Source: Candidatus Amesbacteria bacterium
Lineage (GTDB): Bacteria; Patescibacteriota; Microgenomatia; CAZETR01; Amesbacteraceae
DNA: 64,000 nucleotides
NCBI GenBank assembly: GCA_027371535.1
Contig: DAHXMV010000001.1
Location: forward strand, 96,879-160,878
Direction: 5' to 3'
Notes under the pieces: model-generated
Database searches by the model: none
Told to the model about the DNA's origin: nothing
Seen by the model: the letters and a program-made list of their open reading frames with translations, nothing else
Program-made: the position numbers and the translations under genes
Part shown: one piece after another, positions 57,629 through 64,000 of the stretch
Numbering within the stretch: position 1 is the first letter of the stretch
Layout: each line of letters begins with the position of its first letter

Positions 57629-59085
57629 GAGCCGGTGGGGTTATGAACTAAACGGTAAACCACGACCCCCCAGGGAAATTCCCATTGTTTATCGATCCTG
57701 GCCCAGCCGAAAGCCGCGATTTCCCACAGAGGATTACCTACCGGATGACACGGGGTCTCTTCGCAGATGACAAACAGCTGATCGGTCAGTTTTTCATGGA
57801 TGGTAACATTAGAACTATTCAAAAGGGCCAATTCATAGCGATAACCGGCGTCATAGTTATTTTTCGAGAGCAGGGCCAGATTGAAGGGAATTCCGGCAGT
57901 CTGATCGGTGATGAAGTAGGCAATTTTTTGGGTATGGACAAGTTGGGAATTTGGAGCAAATTTTAAAGGATTATGCTGAAGGTTAACCAGCGCCAATAAT
58001 ATAAACAGAACAACCGATACGGCTTGTGCAGCCAGGCGGCGGCTGAAGGACTGCAGCCAAAAACCCAAAAGCAGAAACGGAACCGGGAAAAGAAATCCGT
58101 AATAGTGGATATAAATATGCTGTTTATACAGGCCCAAACCCAGCAAGCCGAAGCCCAACCAGGTCAGGGTAAAGATAAATTGGGAGGAGATTTGCCTTTT
58201 TATCAATCTGATCAGCGTAAAGAAAACCAGTAACAATGACAACAACCAACCCAGGAAATAATTTTGAGCGGTTAACAAACCCGAGACAAGGTCATTCCAG
58301 ATCGGCCAGAGGTTGGGCATGGCTTTGTAAATCCTGAGGTTGACCGTATTACCCCGGTTGGTTAAAAAAGTGACCAGGGCATGGAAATTTGTCCATCCAT
58401 GGCGCATATCAAATATCACCAGCGGGGACATTAACAAAATAAAAATCAGCACGGATGCAAGAAGTAAGGGATAGGATTTATGAAGCTGTTTGGATAAAAA
58501 CAAAAAAATAACCACGGTCGGAAACAGCAGCAAGCCAAGATAGTGGGAATTCAAAACAAATGCCAGACAGACACCAATTACGGGTAACCACCGGGGGTCG
58601 TGCCGGCGCCAAAAAAGCCAGGTACCATACATAGCCAGCAAGGCAAAAAAAGGCATGATATTGGGATTCCAGGATGAACGGGAATAAGTTATGACTACCG
58701 GAGAGATGGCATACAAAAATGAAATACCCAAACCGATTTTCGGACCAAACCACGATCTGGCTATCCACCACAACAGGGCGACAGTCAATATGCCGATGAC
58801 CGCGACTTCACCGGCCAGACCCACCGGAGAAAAACCTGCCAGCCAAAGCGACGGAGCCACCAGATAATAATAGAGCGGACCCAAATACATGCTGCCTACC
58901 GAAGTCCCCGGACCGATTAAAGGAAAATGCTTCCCCAGGACAATATCCCTGACAGCCAGCGCATCACGGCCTTCATCACCCAAAAAGGTCATGTATTCAG
59001 AAATTCTATATAATCTGAAGACAGACCCCGCCACCAGAATCAGGGTGAGGAAGAGAATTTCAATTTTGGTGATTTTTAGAGTCAT
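57625..59085 (-). CDS. ArnT/GT83-like GT-C glycosyltransferase (family D paralog)
   Basis: 'FLGDEGRDALAVRDIVLGKHFPLIGPGTSVGSMYLGPLYYYLVAPS'. Start at 'MTLKITK' (rc ATG at 59083-59085) gives a 4-nt overlap with the upstream gene. The alternative start at 59100 would overlap by 19 nt. Confidence 0.6.
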   Translation of the reverse strand: MTLKITKIEILFLTLILVAGSVFRLYRISEYMTFLGDEGRDALAVRDIVLGKHFPLIGPGTSVGSMYLGPLYYYLVAPSLWLAGFSPVGLAGEVAVIGILTVALLWWIARSWFGPKIGLGISFLYAISPVVITYSRSSWNPNIMPFFALLAMYGTWLFWRRHDPRWLPVIGVCLAFVLNSHYLGLLLFPTVVIFLFLSKQLHKSYPLLLASVLIFILLMSPLVIFDMRHGWTNFHALVTFLTNRGNTVNLRIYKAMPNLWPIWNDLVSGLLTAQNYFLGWLLSLLLVFFTLIRLIKRQISSQFIFTLTWLGFGLLGLGLYKQHIYIHYYGFLFPVPFLLLGFWLQSFSRRLAAQAVSVVLFILLALVNLQHNPLKFAPNSQLVHTQKIAYFITDQTAGIPFNLALLSKNNYDAGYRYELALLNSSNVTIHEKLTDQLFVICEETPCHPVGNPLWEIAAFGWARIDKQWEFPWGVVVYRLVHNPTGS

Positions 59086-59792
59086 CGAAGCTGGTACCAC
59101 AATTTCAACAGATCACGGATACTTCTGATAATGACCTTTAAATCGGCACCGGTATTATGGCCGAACCGGCGGGGGTAATGATGAACCCTAACCTGGGCAA
59201 ATTTAAATCCCATACGCTGGGCTTTGGTTAACATTTCAATCTGAGTCACTTTCTCCTCGCCGATTAAGGGTTGGACGCCGGTATACACTTTTTTATTGAT
59301 CAATTTATATCCGCAGGAATAATCAGTCACTTTCAAACCCAGGAGGATTCTGGGTAACAGTTTGGACCAGACAAACGTATAAAACTTGCGGATAAAGGCA
59401 TCTGCCCTGCCGATGCGGATACCCAGTACCAAATCCGCACCGGTCAGCTTTTGAGCTTCAATAAATAATTTAATTTCCGAAAAATCAAACTGGCCATCCG
59501 AATCCATAAAGGCCACCCACTGAAAACGGGACGTCTCATAGCCGCTTTTTAAAGCACCGCCGTAACCGCGATTCGGATGATGATGGACGACCCGGACATG
59601 TTTGTTTTTAGCCGCCATCGTGTCGGAAATTCCGCCTGTCCGATCACTTGACCCGTCATCCACAATAATTACCTCCCATTTACCGGCAACCCCGGGGAGG
59701 ACAGCGAGGACCCCATTGACTGTTTTTTCGATATTTTTTTCCTCATTGTAAGCCGGCAGAAACACTGATAACTCGTCAATAAGCTTTGTCAT
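59082..59792 (-). CDS. GT2 polyprenyl-phosphate sugar synthase (GtrB/ArnC/Ppm1-like)
   Basis: 'LSVFLPAYNEEKNIEKTV...VIIVDDGSSDRT', 'NRGYGGALKSG', 'DSDGQFD', 'DYSCGYKLI'. Confidence 0.8.
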   Translation of the reverse strand: MTKLIDELSVFLPAYNEEKNIEKTVNGVLAVLPGVAGKWEVIIVDDGSSDRTGGISDTMAAKNKHVRVVHHHPNRGYGGALKSGYETSRFQWVAFMDSDGQFDFSEIKLFIEAQKLTGADLVLGIRIGRADAFIRKFYTFVWSKLLPRILLGLKVTDYSCGYKLINKKVYTGVQPLIGEEKVTQIEMLTKAQRMGFKFAQVRVHHYPRRFGHNTGADLKVIIRSIRDLLKLWYQLR

Positions 59793-59828
59793 TGCAGGGA
59801 CAAGTTTATCACAAACCGAAGACCCGGT

Positions 59829-61535
59829 TTGGAATATAATCAGAAGGTGGTAAAAAAGAATTTACTGGTGCTGGGGGTAATGATAATCCTGACATTTCCG
59901 GCATGGAAAGCACTCAGGCATATGGGAATGATTTCCGGGCATGATACCCAGGCGGCGGTTTTCAAAGGGGAAGAGTTTTTTAATGCTATAAAAGACGGCA
60001 GTTTTCCGCCCAGATGGTCAAAAAGGCTGGATTTTGGATTAGGGCAGCCAACTTTTACTTTTACCTATTCCATGCCCTATTACCTGATGTCTGCAATTAT
60101 GTTTTTAAACAGCGGACCCATATGGGCATTTAAGATTGTCATGGCTGCCAGTTTTCCTTGCGGTGCATTCTTTACCTTTCTGTGGCTGAAAAAACATTTC
60201 GGTGGCTTACCGGCTTTTTTAGCCAGCCTGCTTTATGCCTATTTACCATATCATTTTGCCAATGTCTATGTCCGGGGCGACATCGGAGAAACCGTAGCTG
60301 CTGCCTGGTTACCGCTGGCTTTCTGGGGATTGGACAGGGTAATCGACTCCCCAACCCCGGCTAAAACGGCGGTGGCTGCCCTAACCGTGGCAGCGGTAAT
60401 AATCAGTCATCCGTTTTACGGTTTGGTTTTCGGGGCGATCTGGACCGGTTATATATTATTGAGAAGCCGGAAGAATATCCAAGCATTGAAAATGGCAATG
60501 ACTGCTCTGATATGGGGATATGTCTGTTGTGCCTTTTATATAATTCCGTCGCTGGTTTATAAAAATATGACTTTTTTAAGCAGGCTGGAAAGTTATTTTA
60601 TTGAAAAGCAATATTTTGTGACTTTGGACAGAATTTTTTATTCGCCGTGGGGCTTTGACGGGGCTAATGAGTTGGACAGGCGGCCGATGTCGGTCCAGGC
60701 GGGATTGGTCGCATGGGGCTTTTTTACCGGCTGGTTAGGAATTGCATTATTATCAAAGAAAGTCAGAAAAGACAGACATTTTTATGAAGGACTTTATTTT
60801 TCCATGCTGACTGTTGCGGCTGTTTTTTTGATGCTTTCTATAAGCCTGCCGGTGTGGAAATTATTATCCCCCATGGAAAACCTACAGTTTCCCTGGAGAC
60901 TGTTATTTGTAGTCAATATCGGAATGACATATCTGGCCGGATTTGTGTTGAGATATCTGGCCGGGATTTTAAAACAAAATAAAATCAAATTACTCGTCTT
61001 TACCGGATTAGCGGGGCTGATAATTATTGCCAGCAGAAGTTACTGGAGTGTAGGCCGGTATTTTCCGTATGTTGATCTGACCCGCGAGGCCATCGGTTAT
61101 CCGGGGACTTTGACAATGCTTTTGGAGGAAACCCCGGTCTGGCATAGCCGGAATCAGGAAGCTAACCCGCATAATTTCATCCAAAATGCCGAAGGCCGGG
61201 CAATATTACTGACAATGCTGGTTTGGAAAACCAATTATCACAAGTTTCTGGTGGTGACGGATAAACCGATTGCAGTTAACGATAAGACTCATTTCTGGCC
61301 GGGCTGGAAAGTATGGGTGGACGGAGTGGCTTCTCCGACTTTGGATCCGTTTGCTAAAATCAGCCAGGGATTAATTACCTTCAGGGTTGGTCCGGGGACA
61401 CATATAGTAGAGACCAGACTGACGGAAACCGGGGTAGAACAAACTTCGGATTCCATAAGTCTGATCAGTATTTTCGGAGCAGTCGCCATCAGTCTCCCGG
61501 GAGTGCTAAGATTGAAAAGGCATGACACAGTTTAG
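59829..61535 (+). CDS. YfhO-like polytopic membrane protein (family B GT-C candidate)
   Basis: 568 aa. 'MISGHDTQAAVFKGEEFFNAIKDGSFPPRWSKRLDFGLGQPTFTFTYSMPYY'. Confidence 0.45.
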   Translation: MEYNQKVVKKNLLVLGVMIILTFPAWKALRHMGMISGHDTQAAVFKGEEFFNAIKDGSFPPRWSKRLDFGLGQPTFTFTYSMPYYLMSAIMFLNSGPIWAFKIVMAASFPCGAFFTFLWLKKHFGGLPAFLASLLYAYLPYHFANVYVRGDIGETVAAAWLPLAFWGLDRVIDSPTPAKTAVAALTVAAVIISHPFYGLVFGAIWTGYILLRSRKNIQALKMAMTALIWGYVCCAFYIIPSLVYKNMTFLSRLESYFIEKQYFVTLDRIFYSPWGFDGANELDRRPMSVQAGLVAWGFFTGWLGIALLSKKVRKDRHFYEGLYFSMLTVAAVFLMLSISLPVWKLLSPMENLQFPWRLLFVVNIGMTYLAGFVLRYLAGILKQNKIKLLVFTGLAGLIIIASRSYWSVGRYFPYVDLTREAIGYPGTLTMLLEETPVWHSRNQEANPHNFIQNAEGRAILLTMLVWKTNYHKFLVVTDKPIAVNDKTHFWPGWKVWVDGVASPTLDPFAKISQGLITFRVGPGTHIVETRLTETGVEQTSDSISLISIFGAVAISLPGVLRLKRHDTV

Positions 61536-62601
61536 ACCGGGGTTAAAAACTTTATTAGGGGTAGCCATTTTAAGTACGCTGGCGATATGGGTGGTCTTGG
61601 GGATGCCAAAAATTTATCAGAACTACGACGGGCCTTTTTATCTGGTGGTAGCCAAAGCCTGGTACAACAAAGACTTAATAAGGCACAGTTTTTCTTTTGC
61701 CCTGCCGCTGGAATATTACCCGGCGCATTTTCCCCTTTATCCAATGCTTATTGACCTGTTTGCGCTGGCTTTTTTAAATCATCTGCAGGCCATGGTGGCA
61801 GTCAATTTAATTATCTCAGCTGCCGGGGCGGCGGTAATATACAAAACGGCAGAAAAAATGAGATGGGAGAGCCCTTTCTGGACGGGTTTGGCCTGGTTAT
61901 TCTGGTGGCCCAGGATGTGGGCCGTACGCAGTGTCGGCAGTCCGGAATCGTTATTTGTTACAGCCATCGTCTTATCCTTATACTTTTTCGGCAAAAGAAA
62001 ATACTGGTTAGCGGGTTTGGCGGGGTCTGCAGCGATGCTGACTAAAAGTCCGGGGATATTGCTGCTGGCGGCTTTTGGCATGTGGCTCGTGGTAAATTAC
62101 ATTAAAACAAAAAAATGGGATAAAGATATTTGGCCGGTGGCACTAATCGGGCTGACGGCACTGGGCCTATTTTATTTTTTCTATCTGAAAACCGGTGACT
62201 TCATGGCATATTTTCACACCGGTGACAACATTCATCTGCAGATTCTGCCGTTTCGGGTTTTTGACAGCAGCCAGTTATGGGTAGGTAGTTTCTGGCTGGA
62301 AGATATCATTTGGATATACCTGATTGCCGGGATCGGAGTATACAGGGCCTTGAAAAAGAACCTGGTGTGGGGAGGGTTTGGGCTGATATTTTACCTGACG
62401 TTACTCTTTGTATCCCATAGGGATATCAGCCGGTATAGCCTGCCGCTGGTACCCGTGGTGCTTTTGGGATTTTCCGATTTGTTAGCCAGAAAGGAAGTAA
62501 AATGGGCTTTGGCATTAGCCATTATCCCCTTGTTTTTCTACACCCTAAACTTTGTGAATAACAATACGCTGACAATTGCCAACTGGGCCCCGTTTCTTTA
62601 A
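61522..62601 (+). CDS. PIG-V/GT76-like integral membrane mannosyltransferase candidate (second copy)
   Basis: 359 aa. 'YDGPFYLVVAKAWYN...YYPAHFPLYPMLIDLFA' parallels the 'DGVHFILIATHGY...AFFPLYP' motif of the protein at 9206-10339. Confidence 0.4.
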   Translation: MTQFRPGLKTLLGVAILSTLAIWVVLGMPKIYQNYDGPFYLVVAKAWYNKDLIRHSFSFALPLEYYPAHFPLYPMLIDLFALAFLNHLQAMVAVNLIISAAGAAVIYKTAEKMRWESPFWTGLAWLFWWPRMWAVRSVGSPESLFVTAIVLSLYFFGKRKYWLAGLAGSAAMLTKSPGILLLAAFGMWLVVNYIKTKKWDKDIWPVALIGLTALGLFYFFYLKTGDFMAYFHTGDNIHLQILPFRVFDSSQLWVGSFWLEDIIWIYLIAGIGVYRALKKNLVWGGFGLIFYLTLLFVSHRDISRYSLPLVPVVLLGFSDLLARKEVKWALALAIIPLFFYTLNFVNNNTLTIANWAPFL

Positions 62602-62609
62602 TCTTTCAA

Positions 62610-63767
62610 CTACGCCCGGGGTTTTTTCTGCCAGATAAATTTGTTGTAGATAAACCAGTTATAAGGGACGGTAAAACCGAAAACAGCCAAAACCAGAAAT
62701 AGCGTCCGGTACCGGTCCCCGAAAACCTGAGTCCCCAAACCGATAATCAAAGAAGGAACTAATATTCCGCCTAATACCGAGGAGAAATTAAACGCCAGGA
62801 ATTTGGAAATTAATTGGGAAACCCTGGAAATTTTGTCCTGGGAGAAAGTCCAGAGGTTGTTGAAAATAAAATTGGAGATAATGGAAATTTCAGCCGCAGT
62901 TGCATTAGCTAAAAAATTAATCACACCAATGGGAAACGGTAAACCGGAATACGTCTTATTAAAATATATCAAACCCAGGTAATTGATGACAAATCCAAAA
63001 CCGCCGACCACCCCGAATTTGAAAAATTTAATCGTCGCGGGGTTGTGCAGTTGAATTAGAAAAATAACCCTAATGGTTTCCTGCATCTCGTTTTTGATAA
63101 TTTTGGATTTACCTTCAGTGCGGGGGGAAAAGTGAAAAGGCAGTTCTTTAACCCGGGCCCCTTTCTGAACCATGTAATGCAGGAGCTGGACTTTGTAGGC
63201 AAAACTTTTAGAATACAGAGCGGAAAAATCAAACTGATCCATAAATCCCTTTACACGGGAGAGTTTAAAACCCCCGGTTACGTCATGCACCCCAAGGGTC
63301 AGCAAACCTACACGGCCAACCAGATTGCCGACTACGCTTAAAAATTTCCGGTCAAAGCTCCAGGCGCCGGGAATGGATCCTCCCGGGATATACCGGGAGG
63401 CAATAATATAGTCAAAACCACGGTCTATCTGTTCTATCATCCGGGGAATATCCCGGGGAGGATGCTGGAAATCAGCGTCGAATTCCATTAACCAATCAGC
63501 GTGCATTTTTTTCATGGCATAAGTCATTCCCCGGGCATAGGCCACACCCAAACCCTGCTTTTGACTGCCGCCCAACAAGTGCAGCCAGGGGTATAAACGC
63601 ATGGCTTTTTCCACTTCCAGGGCTGTGCCGTCGGGGCTGGAATCATCCACATATAGGACTTCAACATCATGTTTGGGAATCAGGGGGATTATTTCTGCCA
63701 GGGTACTGATCATTTCCCGGGTGTTTTTCCGTTCATTATATGTGGGGATGATAATAACAATTTTCAC
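62610..63767 (-). CDS. Fusion protein: Dpm1-like GT2 polyprenyl-phosphate sugar synthase with a C-terminal GtrA-like 4-TM domain
   Basis: N-terminus 'IVIIIPTYNERKNT...VLYVDDSSPDGT', 'FDADFQHPP', 'DVTGGFK'. C-terminus 'KFFKFGVVGGFGFVINYLGLIYF...ANATAAEISIISNFIFNNLWTF' (GtrA-family signature). Confidence 0.75.
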   Translation of the reverse strand: MKIVIIIPTYNERKNTREMISTLAEIIPLIPKHDVEVLYVDDSSPDGTALEVEKAMRLYPWLHLLGGSQKQGLGVAYARGMTYAMKKMHADWLMEFDADFQHPPRDIPRMIEQIDRGFDYIIASRYIPGGSIPGAWSFDRKFLSVVGNLVGRVGLLTLGVHDVTGGFKLSRVKGFMDQFDFSALYSKSFAYKVQLLHYMVQKGARVKELPFHFSPRTEGKSKIIKNEMQETIRVIFLIQLHNPATIKFFKFGVVGGFGFVINYLGLIYFNKTYSGLPFPIGVINFLANATAAEISIISNFIFNNLWTFSQDKISRVSQLISKFLAFNFSSVLGGILVPSLIIGLGTQVFGDRYRTLFLVLAVFGFTVPYNWFIYNKFIWQKKPRA

Positions 63768-63805
63768 AGGAATTAATTCTAAGGCATTTTAGGTATAATT
63801 AATAC

Positions 63806-64000
63806 ATGAGGATAGACATACTGACGCTGTTTCCGGAAATGTTTACCGGACCATTCGATTATTCAATTGTTAAAAGAGCCCAGATCAAAGGGGCGGCGGA
63901 TATAAAAATACACAATTTAAGAAATTGGGCTACCGATAGTTATAAATCAGTAGACGATCATCCGTTCGGCGGAGGTGCCGGTATGATAATGAGAGTGGAT
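63806..64000 (+). CDS. trmD: tRNA (guanine37-N1)-methyltransferase TrmD, N-terminal fragment running off the window
   Basis: Manual translation from ATG 63806: [65 protein letters not shown]. This matches the conserved TrmD N-terminus 'LTLFPEMF...H.LR.....H..VDD.P.GGG.GM'. It is absent from the ORF track because there is no stop within the window. Confidence 0.85.
   Translation, partial: MRIDILTLFPEMFTGPFDYSIVKRAQIKGAADIKIHNLRNWATDSYKSVDDHPFGGGAGMIMRVD

Noticed and set aside
1-64000. Search for CRISPR arrays, tandem DNA repeats, rRNA/tRNA genes and mobile-element genes
   Set aside because: No direct-repeat and spacer periodicity was seen. Intergenic regions are all under 260 nt and none contains a tRNA-like T-loop ('GTTCGA') or cloverleaf. 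No transposase, integrase or recombinase-like ORF was found. The low-GC islands therefore lack obvious mobility genes within the window.

Overview
This 64-kb window is an extremely compact cell-envelope glycosylation supercluster. Almost every gene boundary is a 4-8 nt stop/start overlap, and there are essentially no terminators, tRNAs, rRNAs, CRISPRs or transposases. I count about 24 large polytopic membrane proteins that look like GT-C-fold (lipid-linked-sugar-dependent) glycosyltransferases. They fall into at least five paralog families: GT39/PMT-like with a 'DEAALGYNAYSLL' motif (6 copies, plus one ArnT-like variant with 'DESIYV'); ArnT/GT83-like with 'DQGRDA...IGP.TS..GP.YYYL' (5 copies); GT87/DUF2029-like (4 copies); a YfhO-like family with a 'HD..R..FP.RW..GYG.P.F.YY' motif (3 copies); and PIG-V/GT76-like with a 'FPLYP' motif (2 copies). 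Three further large membrane proteins could not be placed in a family. Interleaved with these are four Dpm1/GtrB-type polyprenyl-phosphate sugar synthases (GT2), one of them fused to a GtrA-like domain. There are also about eight other cytoplasmic GT2 and three GT4 glycosyltransferases, three Wzx/MOP-type flippases, two SAM-dependent methyltransferases, an acyltransferase-3 protein, a FAD-dependent oxidoreductase, a NUDIX hydrolase and a D-2-hydroxyacid dehydrogenase. A Pro/Ser/Thr/Ala-rich membrane-anchored surface protein is a candidate glycosylation substrate. Genes are organised as two long minus-strand operons (about 359-24924 and 27553-39224), a plus-strand operon (39289-45225) and a mixed 3' third. 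A partial glycosyltransferase-like gene runs off the 5' edge and the start of trmD runs off the 3' edge. Two compositionally distinct low-GC islands (about 340-5400 and 32932-34443; roughly 30-35% GC against about 50% elsewhere) suggest horizontally acquired modules within the cluster. The gene style and the GT-C expansion are reminiscent of CPR/Patescibacteria-like or Chloroflexi-like genomes, but the lineage cannot be determined from sequence alone. All family assignments rest on motif recognition by eye and need HMM or structure confirmation.
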